Notes: a model not told the origin generated them from the sequence alone. Positions 48,540 to 57,735 are shown, counted from the first letter of the stretch. The stretch: DNA of 64,000 nucleotides from Chthoniobacteraceae bacterium (GCA_031409335.1 JANNWY010000214.1:1-64000); one strand, 5' to 3'. Made by a program: numbers and translations.

Positions 48540-49772
48540 TCACCCGACTTCCACGCCAGCCGCGATCGCCGGCAATACCGCGCGCAGGGATTCGTCGGTG
48601 CGGGCGTGAATTTGAAGGAGCGGTTCACCCTTCGCGATCGTCTCGCCCACTTTCCGAATCGCGCTCACGCCAACTGCGAAGTCGATCGCGTCCGCGGCTT
48701 TTGCGCGACCGGCGCCGAGCGCCACGCAAGCGCGACCGATCGTGCCAGCGTCCATGCGCGAAATCTTTCCGTCGCATGACGCTGGCAGTTCGTGAATCAC
48801 GGGCGCGCGATGAACCTGCGCGATGCGTTCGAGCGTCGAGGCATGGCCGTTTTGCGCTTCGACCATCGCGACGAATTTCTTCCACGCGGTGCCGTCGTTC
48901 AGCCATGCGGCGAGTTGGTCGCGGGAGACGGTTGAAACTTGCGCGGCGAGATCGAGCGTGAGTTCCACGAGATCGCGCGGGCCGCGTCCTTGCAGCGTTT
49001 CCACGGATTCGGCGACTTCGAGCGCGTTGCCAGCGGAGTGGCCGAGCGGCTCATCCATCGGCGTGAGCAGATGCGAAGTTTTCACGCCCATCTCGCAACC
49101 CACGGCAGTGAGCGCGGCGGCGAGTGACTCGGCTTCGGCGCGCGTTTTCATGAATGCGCCGCTGCCAAATTTCACATCGAGCACCAGCCGGTCGAGCGAC
49201 TCGGCGAGCTTCTTCGACATGATGCTCGCGACGATGAGCGGCTGCGAGGGCACGGTCGCGGTGACATCGCGCAGGGCGTAAAGCTTTTTGTCCGCAGGGC
49301 AAATGTCCGCGGTCTGGCCGATCATGGCGACGCCGATACGGTCGAGTTGATGGAGCGTTTGCGCTTCGCTGAGGGAGACGTTGAAGCCGGGAATACTCTC
49401 CAGTTTATCGAGCGTGCCGCCGGTGATGCCGAGGCCGCGCCCGGAGATCATCGGCACCCACAAATCATCGCACGCCAGCAGCGGCGCAAGGATCAGCGAA
49501 ACTTTGTCGCCGATGCCGCCGGTGCTGTGTTTATCGACCTTCGGCGGCGAACCGGCGGGATACTCCAGCACGCGCCCGCTGTGCATCATCGCGCGAGTGA
49601 GCGCGCCCGTTTCCGCCGCATTCATCCCGCGAAAAAACACCGCCATCGCGAACGCGCTCGCCTGGTAGTCGGGAATCTCGCCGCTCGTATAGCCGCGGAT
49701 GAATTCCTGAATCTCCGCCGCGGAAAGTTCGCCGCCGTCGCGTTTGCGTTCGATGAAAGTGGGGACGTGCAT
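48540..49772 (-). CDS. deoA: Thymidine/pyrimidine-nucleoside phosphorylase
   Basis: DKHSTGGIGDK, SGRGLG.TGGTLDKLESIPG, SIMSKK. Confidence 0.95.
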   Translation of the reverse strand: MHVPTFIERKRDGGELSAAEIQEFIRGYTSGEIPDYQASAFAMAVFFRGMNAAETGALTRAMMHSGRVLEYPAGSPPKVDKHSTGGIGDKVSLILAPLLACDDLWVPMISGRGLGITGGTLDKLESIPGFNVSLSEAQTLHQLDRIGVAMIGQTADICPADKKLYALRDVTATVPSQPLIVASIMSKKLAESLDRLVLDVKFGSGAFMKTRAEAESLAAALTAVGCEMGVKTSHLLTPMDEPLGHSAGNALEVAESVETLQGRGPRDLVELTLDLAAQVSTVSRDQLAAWLNDGTAWKKFVAMVEAQNGHASTLERIAQVHRAPVIHELPASCDGKISRMDAGTIGRACVALGAGRAKAADAIDFAVGVSAIRKVGETIAKGEPLLQIHARTDESLRAVLPAIAAGVEVG

Positions 49773-49819
49773 ACGCGGGCAGGTTGGCGCGGTAAATCAG
49801 TTTGTCCCGCGCAAAAAGT

Positions 49820-49980
49820 TCCGGGTAGCACGCTCGTCCCGAGCGTTGGCGCAGGCGTCCCGCCGGCGCGGACTTTCGACACCGCCCCTTTTCCGAGAAC
49901 GCTTCCTGAGCTGAAAGCGCAGGGAAGTTCGTTTCGGCGGGACGCCAAAACCAACGCTCGGGACGAGCGTGCTACCCGGA
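49820..49980. repeat. REPIN-like element (two inverted GTAG-type REPs)
   Basis: Perfect 30-bp IR 49820-49849 / 49951-49980, each copy GTAG plus acgctcg-tcc-cgagcgt hairpin; inner 12-bp IR 49854-49865 / 49935-49946. Confidence 0.85.
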
Positions 49981-50000
49981 GCCAGATTGCCGCCTTTTAA

Positions 50001-50664
50001 AACTCGTGCCCAAGCTCCAGCTTGGGCACGCCCTTGTCCCCGAAGCTCCGCTTCGCCGCCGCACGCTACCTCCACGGATCGCACCGCAGCATCGGCTGCG
50101 CGCCCGGCATCCACTCGTGCGCCGACGAGTAGCGCCAATGCTCCGGCGCACTGACCCAGCCGCGCTTCACCGGATTCTGGTGTAGATACGCCCGCTTTTG
50201 CTCCATCATCTCATCGTGCAGGATGCGCTGCGGATGCGATCCCTCCTGCCAGAGCTGATATTCGTTCGGTTTGTGCGCGGCCCGGAAATGCCGGAGCTGA
50301 TTGAGCAACCATTCGCGGCGTTCGACCTTGATCTGCTGGGCGAGTTGTTGGGCGGTGAAGCTCTTCAGATCGCGCAGGACGGCGGAGAGATCGGGCGCGG
50401 CGAGGATCGCGTGGAGATGATGGTCGAGGATGACCCATGCATGGATGGCCAGCCCTTTGTGCTCGCGGCCGTATTCCAGCGATCGCACCACGATGTCGCA
50501 GCACGCCGTGGAGGTGAAGACGGGCAGCCATTCGACCACGGTGGCGGTGACAAAGTATCCGCAGTCTGACTCGCGAGCATGGTAGCGGCTGCGCATCCAC
50601 CGAGCGTGGCGAAGCAGAGCTTCGGGGACAAGCGCGTTCCCAAGCTGGAGCTTGGGAACGAGTT
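50001..50664. mobile_element. RAYT locus flanked by 57-bp inverted palindromic repeats
   Basis: 50001-50057 and 50608-50664 match 53/57 as inverted repeats and bracket the transposase. Confidence 0.85.
50066..50596 (-). CDS. REP-associated tyrosine transposase (Y1 HUH)
   Basis: YFVT, AWVILDHHLHAI (HUH), LWQEGSH, YLHQNPVKRG, WRYSSA; start MRSRY. Confidence 0.92.
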   Translation of the reverse strand: MRSRYHARESDCGYFVTATVVEWLPVFTSTACCDIVVRSLEYGREHKGLAIHAWVILDHHLHAILAAPDLSAVLRDLKSFTAQQLAQQIKVERREWLLNQLRHFRAAHKPNEYQLWQEGSHPQRILHDEMMEQKRAYLHQNPVKRGWVSAPEHWRYSSAHEWMPGAQPMLRCDPWR

Positions 50665-50835
50665 GACGAGTTGAATGCAACCCAGCACCCGCCGGATGCG
50701 ACCCTCCGCCCGACGGGTTTCCCGCTTGCCACCGACGAATAAACGTGCTCGGCTCACCGCATATGCTGCCGCAGTCCCCTGCCGAACCCAACTCGCGAGT
50801 TGCGCGGCTTAACGAGATGTTAAAGTCTTTGACCC

Positions 50836-51399
50836 ATGTCCACTAAAGGCGCGATTAAATGGCTTGCTCGACTTCGCGAGCCGCGAACCATTGAATCCCT
50901 TATCTCGGAAATTTACGGCGAGGCGGCGTGGTATGGCTGTCTCTTCGAGGGAGAGGTAGCCGACCTCCTCAACTTCGCCGACCTCTCACACAAGCCGCTC
51001 GAAGCGATGATGAGGGAGCCATTCAACACTGAAGACTGGTCACTCAGCCAACTACTCAAAGAGTTGGCGAAGCGTGACCTTCCCGAAGATCACTTAACGA
51101 TGCTTCGGGACGGCAAAGACGCCCGAAACGAACTCGTGCATCGTCTCATTGCTACACGCTGCGTGGCTTCGAGAGCTGACAAGGAGCTTTTTCTTGCACA
51201 AATTGACGCACTCTACTTCCGCGTTTGGCGTGCTTACCAATTCGTTCGCGATCTCAAACAGCAATATGCAGCCAAGATTGGTGTGACTGATGAACGCATC
51301 AATGAAATCCTCCGTCAGAAGCGTGAAGAGGCCGAAATGGAGGACCACAACCTCAAACATTTGCTCGGAGAAGACCCCGATGACCGAAGCGCCTCCTGA
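50836..51399 (+). CDS. Hypothetical helical protein (accessory, lower GC)
   Basis: 187 aa ORF; RNELVH resembles an RxxxxH HEPN-type motif. Confidence 0.65.
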   Translation: MSTKGAIKWLARLREPRTIESLISEIYGEAAWYGCLFEGEVADLLNFADLSHKPLEAMMREPFNTEDWSLSQLLKELAKRDLPEDHLTMLRDGKDARNELVHRLIATRCVASRADKELFLAQIDALYFRVWRAYQFVRDLKQQYAAKIGVTDERINEILRQKREEAEMEDHNLKHLLGEDPDDRSAS

Positions 51400-51480
51400 A
51401 TTACTGGGAGAGCCGGAAACCGTGTGGTTCAATAACATGTTAGGCACCGCAAGCCGTTTTCTGTAACTAAAAGACACCGT

Positions 51481-51768
51481 ATGGAGAAAAGGACCAAAAT
51501 TCAGAATCACTTCGACAATCCCAATCCCAATCTTCACCCCCAAAAAGATCTGCCGGGCGAAATCGAAATGATAGCGGCCAGAGACCAACGCGAAGCAGGG
51601 GCTCGGCAACAGGCAGAGGAGCGTAAGCACGTCTTCAATTACATTCGGGAGCATCCAGGCTGCACAATTACCGCGATTGCACAAAACGTCGGACGGGCCG
51701 GCCTGAAGGAATGGCTTCGCGATGGCTTCGTCATCAAGCGCGGCAGCGGCCACTACGTTGCCAAATAA
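51481..51768 (+). CDS. Small hypothetical protein with winged-HTH-like C-terminus
   Basis: VFNYIREHPGCTITAIAQNVG. Confidence 0.5.
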   Translation: MEKRTKIQNHFDNPNPNLHPQKDLPGEIEMIAARDQREAGARQQAEERKHVFNYIREHPGCTITAIAQNVGRAGLKEWLRDGFVIKRGSGHYVAK

Positions 51769-51848
51769 GAATAGGAAAGAACTGCAAAGAACTGGGTCAG
51801 TTCTAGAATCTCGCTCATTTCCTGCCGCGGAGCGGATGCGGCCCGGAT

Positions 51849-52961
51849 TTAGATGAAAGCTTCCCCGACTTTCCACGGCTCGGGGAGCGCGAAGGATTTG
51901 GCGAGGGTGGCGGCGATGTCGGCGAAGGTTTCGCGCGTGCCGAGGGGGGTGGCGTTTGGGCCGTGGAGGACGAGGAGGGGGACTTCTTCGCGGGTGTGGT
52001 CGGTGCCGGTCCAGGTGGGGTCGTTGCCGTGGTCGGCGGTGATGATGATGAGGTCGTCGGGCGTGGTCTTTTTTAGAAAGGAGGGGAGCCAGGCGTCGAA
52101 TTCGGCGAGGGCGGTGGCGTAGCCGGCGGGGTCGCGGCGGTGGCCGAAGAGCATGTCGAAATCGACGAGGTTGGCGAAGAGGAGGCCGCGTTCGGTTTCG
52201 CTCCAGAGGCGCGCGATGGTGGCCATGCCTTCGGCGTTCGTCTTCGTGGGCGTGGAATCGGTGATGCCGCTGGCGGCGAAGATGTCGCTGATTTTTCCGA
52301 TGCCGCGGACGGGAATGCCGGCGGTGGTGAGCGCGTTCAGCACGGTGGGCGGCGGGACGAGGGAGTAGTCGTGGCGTCCGCTGGTGCGTTTCCATGCGCC
52401 GGGTTTGCCGGTGAAGGGGCGCGCGATGACGCGGCCCACGCGGTAGGCGTCCACGTAGCGGCGGGCGATTTTGCAGATTTGGTAGAGGCGTTTGAGCGGG
52501 ATGACGGACTCGTGCGCGGCGATTTGCAGGACGGAATCGGCGGAGGTGTAGAGGATCGGGTGGCCGGTGCGGACGTGTTCCTCGCCGAGTTCGTCGAGGA
52601 TCGCGGTGCCGCTTTGCGCGTAGTTGCCGATGAATTTTACCGCGGCTTCCGCCTCGATCGCGCGGATGAGTTCATCGGGAAAACGGGCGAAGGTTCCGAG
52701 CGGTTTTTCGGTGATGACGCCCGCGATTTCCAAGTGCCCGGTCGTCGTGTCCTTGCCCGCGGATTTTTCAGTCATGCGACCCCAGCTCGCGCGCGGCGGC
52801 GGGCCATCACGGCCCGTGATCGCGGCGAGGCCGAGGGCGTCGAGATTTGGCGTGTGCGCGGCGATGTGGCCGAGCGTGTTCGCGCCTTCGTCGCCGTAGG
52901 CCGCGGCGTCCGGCGCATTGCCGCAGCCGACGCTGTCGAGCACGAGCAACAGCGCGCGCAT
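51849..52961 (-). CDS. deoB: Phosphopentomutase
   Basis: LVLDSVG, GKDTTTGH, YTSADSV, NLVDFD..FGHRRD, TADHGNDP, DHTRE. Confidence 0.96.
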   Translation of the reverse strand: MRALLLVLDSVGCGNAPDAAAYGDEGANTLGHIAAHTPNLDALGLAAITGRDGPPPRASWGRMTEKSAGKDTTTGHLEIAGVITEKPLGTFARFPDELIRAIEAEAAVKFIGNYAQSGTAILDELGEEHVRTGHPILYTSADSVLQIAAHESVIPLKRLYQICKIARRYVDAYRVGRVIARPFTGKPGAWKRTSGRHDYSLVPPPTVLNALTTAGIPVRGIGKISDIFAASGITDSTPTKTNAEGMATIARLWSETERGLLFANLVDFDMLFGHRRDPAGYATALAEFDAWLPSFLKKTTPDDLIIITADHGNDPTWTGTDHTREEVPLLVLHGPNATPLGTRETFADIAATLAKSFALPEPWKVGEAFI

Positions 52962-52963
52962 CG

Positions 52964-53182
52964 TCAGTCGTCCCCTCCATCATCGCCGCCACCGGAGTAA
53001 CCCGAATCCGAAGTGTCCGCCGCCGAATTCCAAAAGCCCCCGCGTGTATCGTTGGAAATCACGTTCAACTTTTCCGCCTCGCGTGCAGCGGCACGTGTTT
53101 GCTCACGATGCCGGATCACCATCAATGTGGCGAAAATCACCACGGAAACGATCGCGATCGCTATGGTAGATTCGACGACCAT
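52964..53182 (-). CDS. Small single-TM membrane protein
   Basis: N-terminal hydrophobic helix, Gly/Asp tail; ends 2 bp before the deoB start. Confidence 0.55.
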   Translation of the reverse strand: MVVESTIAIAIVSVVIFATLMVIRHREQTRAAAREAEKLNVISNDTRGGFWNSAADTSDSGYSGGGDDGGDD

Positions 53183-53186
53183 TGAA

Positions 53187-53381
53187 TTACAGGCCGATCG
53201 GATGCCAGGCGGTCTTCATCTCGATGGTGTCGAGAATCCAGTATGGGTCTTCCGCTTTGGCGCTGGACCAATCCTTTGCCGCTAGCGAGCGGACCGCGAT
53301 TCGCTTGAGATTCAGCGCGGCACCGGCTCGGAGGGTTTCGGCGACTGCGGGGTCGCCCGAGCCATCGACGATCGCGTTGAC
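53187..53381 (-). pseudogene. 3' remnant of an aldehyde dehydrogenase family gene
   Basis: Manual translation VNAIVDGSGD...AALNLKR...DW...PYWILDTIEMKTAWHPIGL*; resembles the C-terminus of deoC-linked ALDHs; no plausible start. Confidence 0.65.
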
Positions 53382-53411
53382 GGGAGGAGAACGGCGTTCT
53401 AGCGCGCTTTT

Positions 53412-53561
53412 ATGGCCCTGAGAGATCCCCCAGACTTTTCCACCCGATGCAGCGTCGGCGGTAAACGGAAACCGCCACCTCCTCCTGCCAAGAAAGCCGC
53501 GGCGAAACCCCGGGCAGTCAAAGCGGCGCGGACGAGGAAGGCCCCGGCGCGAAGGAAATAA
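53412..53561 (+). CDS. Small basic peptide (49 aa)
   Basis: Below track cutoff: MALRDPPDFSTRCSVGGKRKPPPPPAKKAAAKPRAVKAARTRKAPARRK. Confidence 0.5.
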   Translation: MALRDPPDFSTRCSVGGKRKPPPPPAKKAAAKPRAVKAARTRKAPARRK

Positions 53562-53615
53562 CCCCTTTTCACTCTTTTCACCCGCGCGGAAAACAGCACC
53601 CCACTATCACCAACC

Positions 53616-56456
53616 ATGCCGATCATTACCTGCACCCCGAGGATCATGACGCCGGAACGGGAAGCACTGGCCCGGCGGCGCAGTATCGAAATCAACCCTG
53701 CCAATGCCGATCTCGTGCGGGAAGTGGAACGCGATGCGGGCGGACGCCGCGGCGGGCGGCGGCTGGCGCTGCTCGTTGGGAATCGCTGGCCGGAGGCGGG
53801 CGTGCGGCTCTCCGTGCAGTTTCTCGACAAGCCCTCCAAGGAACTCCGCCAGCGTCTCCTGCTGCACATGAATGCGTGGGACAAGACGGCGAACATCCGC
53901 TTCGTCGAGACGAAAGGCACGGGGCATGTCCGCCTCGCGCGTTCGGACGATCCCGATTTGGGAGGCTATTGGTCGTGGGTCGGCACCGAGATCCTCGCGG
54001 TCGAGCACGAAGACGAGCCCACGATGAATCTGGAAGGCTTCACCATGAAAACGCCGGATGAGGAATTTCACCGCGTGGTGCGCCACGAGGCCGGGCACAC
54101 GCTGGGTTTTGACCACGAGCACATGCGCGCGGAGCTGGTGAAAAAGATCGACGTGAAAAAAGCGATCGTTCACTTCCGCCACACCGACGGCTGGAGCGCG
54201 GAGGAGACGCGCGCGCAAGTGCTCACGCCGCTGAGGGCCAAGTCCATCATGGGCACGACTGAGGCCGATCCGACCTCGATCATGTGTTATCAAATCCCCG
54301 GCGAGATCACGAAGGATGGCCGGCCGATCCCCGGCGGGCTCGACATCAATGAAAAGGATTTCGCCTTTGCCGCGAAAGTCTATCCCAAGACGGGAAAAGA
54401 GCCGCCGCCTCCGCCCAAAGCGAAAGCCGCAGCCGGCGAGACTGCCACGCAGAGCACGGCGAACAAGGAGTACAAGAATGAGGCCAGCGAAAGCGTCGAG
54501 CCGCCCGTCGCCCCGCGCAGCCAGTCGCTGGGTCTGGAGGAAGCGGACACCTTTCAAATCCTCGTCATGGATGACTTCGATCCCGAGGACATCCGATCGA
54601 GTCTCGCCGATTGCCAGGAAAAGGTTGCGCTCGCTTCCGTCGGCGGCACGGCAAAGCCCGAGCCCGGCCAGCTTCCGCCGAAAAAGCCGAAGCCGAAGTA
54701 TGCGCGCGTTTTTGCCAGCTACGGCGGAGCGCGTGTCTCGTGCGCCATGCGTCTGCGCGCGGACAAGGGCGAGGAGCCCACGCCTTTCGGCAAAATCATC
54801 CGCGTCCACGAGCAGATCAAAAACTACACCGACCGCGAAAAGGGCAGCCTGCCGGATGATGATGAGATGATGAAATTTGGGACGAACCTTTTCGACGCGC
54901 TCTTCCCCGGCGTCGTCGGACGGCTCTACGACGAAGCGCGCTCGCGCCAGCGCCACCGCAAGCTCGATCTCGTCTTCACCTCCATGATCCCGTGGATCGC
55001 CGAAAAGCCTTGGGAATTTGCCTACGACAAAGTGCGCAACAGCTTCCTCGCCACCGAGGAAATCCACCTGATCCGCAATGTGCTGACGGCCGTGCCCGCC
55101 AATGTCATCCCACCGCTCAGCGGCCCTCTGCGCATCCTCGTGGCGTCGGCGCAGCCGGTGGGCTTTGGCCGACTCTCCATCACGCAGGAGGAAACGGTCA
55201 TCCGTCGCGGATTCCAGCCGCTCATCGACGCGGGCTCCGTCGTCGTCAAAGTCCTGCCGCACGCCACGCCCGGCCTCATCCACGGCGAACTGGCGACGGG
55301 GAATTACAACATCATCCACTTCATCGGACACGGCGTGTACGACGAGGGGAAAAAGGAGGGAATGCTCATCTTTGAAAATGAGCGCGGCGATGAATACCCG
55401 CTCGGCGAACGCTCCGTGCGCGAGATCTTCTGCCAGCGCGGCGTGAGCCTCGTCTTCCTGAATGCCTGCCAGACGGGCGCGGGCGGACGGGCGGATTTTA
55501 ACAAAGGCGTCGCGCAATCCCTCGTCGCGCACGGTCTGCCCGCGCTCGTGGCGAATCAATACAGCGTGCTGGATTCCTCGGCCACGTCGTTCGCCCAATT
55601 CTTCTACTGGGCGCTCGCGCAAGGCATGAGCCTCGGCCAGGCCGCGCGCGAGGCCCGCATCGCCGTGAACTATTCCCTGACCGGCGATCCCATCGACTGG
55701 GCCGTCCCCGTCGTTTATGCCCGCGAACCGAATAAATCCCTCTGCGCCAAACCGGAAACCGTCGATCCCATTCCCGCCACCGCCGTGCGCCAAACTCTCC
55801 GCCACGCGCTGCGCGACCGGCGGACGCGCGTCGCCTTTTGGGATATTGATAACGTCTTCCCGGCGCTCGAAGGCACGCTCGCCACGATGAATGAAGCGCA
55901 GTCCGAATTCGGCTTCGAGCTGGCCGCCCTCTCCGCGCCCGTGGACGCGTGGGACTTGGAAAACAAATCGCCCGACGGCTCACCGTACCTCTGGGCCAAC
56001 AAAGTCGCCGAACGCCTGAAGCGGACCACAATCGATCTCCGCGTGGACATCCTAGCCTGCATCACCCGGCACTGGATGTGCAACGATGACTCCATAAATA
56101 TTTACGGCTGGTGGGCCGATCATCAGGAAACGCCCGTCGTCATGTTTTCCGCCGCCGGGCTCGATGACCTGGAGCCGGAGGGAAGCCAGACCGACCGGCT
56201 GCTGGCCAATGTGCTCGTGTTGCTGCTCGCTGGATATTTCAGCGAGATGGATTGCCACGATAAAAAGCGGGAAACGGAGTGCCCGCTCTTCCGAAATGCC
56301 GACCGCGACTTCGGGCACATGACGGGGCCGCAGCAGTTCGACAAAATCTGCCGCGCGAAATTGCGGACGAAAATTCCCAAACTACTCCCCGCCCTCGAAA
56401 CCCTCCTGCAAACTTTTCAACCACCGCAACTCGCAAACCGGAAAACCAAGCCATGA
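53616..56456 (+). CDS. Astacin-like (M12) zinc metalloprotease / CHAT caspase-like protease fusion
   Basis: HEAGHTLGFDH plus Met-turn SIMCY; PWE, LRILV, HFIGHG and LVFLNACQT (His-Cys dyad), DWAVPVVY; no signal peptide. Confidence 0.9.
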   Translation: MPIITCTPRIMTPEREALARRRSIEINPANADLVREVERDAGGRRGGRRLALLVGNRWPEAGVRLSVQFLDKPSKELRQRLLLHMNAWDKTANIRFVETKGTGHVRLARSDDPDLGGYWSWVGTEILAVEHEDEPTMNLEGFTMKTPDEEFHRVVRHEAGHTLGFDHEHMRAELVKKIDVKKAIVHFRHTDGWSAEETRAQVLTPLRAKSIMGTTEADPTSIMCYQIPGEITKDGRPIPGGLDINEKDFAFAAKVYPKTGKEPPPPPKAKAAAGETATQSTANKEYKNEASESVEPPVAPRSQSLGLEEADTFQILVMDDFDPEDIRSSLADCQEKVALASVGGTAKPEPGQLPPKKPKPKYARVFASYGGARVSCAMRLRADKGEEPTPFGKIIRVHEQIKNYTDREKGSLPDDDEMMKFGTNLFDALFPGVVGRLYDEARSRQRHRKLDLVFTSMIPWIAEKPWEFAYDKVRNSFLATEEIHLIRNVLTAVPANVIPPLSGPLRILVASAQPVGFGRLSITQEETVIRRGFQPLIDAGSVVVKVLPHATPGLIHGELATGNYNIIHFIGHGVYDEGKKEGMLIFENERGDEYPLGERSVREIFCQRGVSLVFLNACQTGAGGRADFNKGVAQSLVAHGLPALVANQYSVLDSSATSFAQFFYWALAQGMSLGQAAREARIAVNYSLTGDPIDWAVPVVYAREPNKSLCAKPETVDPIPATAVRQTLRHALRDRRTRVAFWDIDNVFPALEGTLATMNEAQSEFGFELAALSAPVDAWDLENKSPDGSPYLWANKVAERLKRTTIDLRVDILACITRHWMCNDDSINIYGWWADHQETPVVMFSAAGLDDLEPEGSQTDRLLANVLVLLLAGYFSEMDCHDKKRETECPLFRNADRDFGHMTGPQQFDKICRAKLRTKIPKLLPALETLLQTFQPPQLANRKTKP

Positions 56457-57616
56457 CTCAGCCCAAAAAAATAAAATCCGCTCGCAAAAATTCCCCGAAA
56501 CCCGCTGCCAAAGCCGCGCCCCGAAAAAAATCCCCCACGCGCGCTGCCCGTGCCACCGCTCCCGCTGGCGAAAGCCCCGTCACCCTCGAGCAAGCCCGCG
56601 CCCTCGTCCGCGCCCGCGCCCCGAAGCGCGCCTTGCGCGGGCCCGCCGCTACCGCTCCGGCGGCTTCGCCCGAGAGCATTGGGCTCGCCCGCGAACGACT
56701 CGCCGCAGAGCGACGCCGGGAAGATGAGCGGCGCATCCGCGAGTATCAGGCGACGATGGAAATCATGAAACGGCGCGGCGTGAAAGGTCTGGATGCCAAG
56801 GCGGTGAAAGCCGGCAAACGCCGCGCTCCCGGAGCAGGCCGGCCCGCCGCCGCCCCGAAAGCACCCGCCGCACAGCCTCTGCAAATTTTTGCCGAAGGCG
56901 ATTCCTGGTTCGACTACCCTCCCTTCCTCTTCAGCGGCGGCCTCATCCCGCGCCTCGAAAAAAGGCTCGGCGTCCCCATTCTGAATCTCGCCAAGGCCGG
57001 CGATGAAGTCCGCTACATGCTTGGCGTCGAGCAGCGAAGAATCCTCACGCAAAAACTCAGCGATGGTAGTCCCGCCGGCGGCCCGTGGGATGCGCTGCTT
57101 TTCTCCGGCGGAGGAAACGACATCGTCGATAACCCGATGGCGCTTTGGGTCCGGGACTTTGTGCCCGCGAAGCCGGCCAAGGCCCTTATCCATCAAGCGC
57201 GCTACGATTCCGCCCTTGCGCTAGTCCGCGCCGGCTACGAAGACCTCATCACCCTGCGCGACAGCTACAGCCCCGGCACGCGCCTCATCTTCCACGCCTA
57301 CGATTTCGCCATCCCGGATGGACGCGGCGTATGCCACCTCGGCCCGTGGATGAAGCCGACCTTCGACCTGCGCAAATTTCCCGCTGCCTCGTCCCTCCGG
57401 TTTGAAGTCGTAAAGGAAATGCTGAAACAATTCGCTGCCCTCATGCTGTCGCTGGAAAGCCATTCGCGCGTGACCTTCATCAACGGCCAGGGAACCCTCA
57501 CGCCGGGTCCCGGCTCGTGGCACAACGAATTGCACCCCACGAAAGATGGCTTCGACCTGTTCGCCGACCTCTTTCACAAAAAATTGCAGGCGCTCTTTCC
57601 AACCCGCGTGCTTTGA
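56453..57616 (+). CDS. SGNH/GDSL-family hydrolase with long basic N-terminal extension
   Basis: AEGDSW, SGGGND, NELHPT; ATGA overlap with the protease gene; start MTQPKK. Confidence 0.87.
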   Translation: MTQPKKIKSARKNSPKPAAKAAPRKKSPTRAARATAPAGESPVTLEQARALVRARAPKRALRGPAATAPAASPESIGLARERLAAERRREDERRIREYQATMEIMKRRGVKGLDAKAVKAGKRRAPGAGRPAAAPKAPAAQPLQIFAEGDSWFDYPPFLFSGGLIPRLEKRLGVPILNLAKAGDEVRYMLGVEQRRILTQKLSDGSPAGGPWDALLFSGGGNDIVDNPMALWVRDFVPAKPAKALIHQARYDSALALVRAGYEDLITLRDSYSPGTRLIFHAYDFAIPDGRGVCHLGPWMKPTFDLRKFPAASSLRFEVVKEMLKQFAALMLSLESHSRVTFINGQGTLTPGPGSWHNELHPTKDGFDLFADLFHKKLQALFPTRVL

Positions 57617-57735
57617 CCGGCGGGAGCGATGATCGGAAGGCCGCGGTTCCGCGCGCCGCGCGCCCGCATTTTTCCCCGGAGGAAAATGCGAGCCGGATTC
57701 GCTCGCCTCGAATTGCTGACCGCCGCACGACGATC

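Noticed and set aside
50800..51450. Integron attC sites around the two orphan ORFs (cttaacgagatgttaaag; gttaggc)
   Set aside because: GTTRRR-like cores exist, but I found no matching RYYYAAC box or long imperfect palindrome upstream, and no integron integrase
53607..55805. Long antisense ORFs (also 8244-9470, 13940-15265, 18458-20053, 24534-26162, 38464-40209)
   Set aside because: Shadow frames of motif-supported genes on the other strand, expected at high GC
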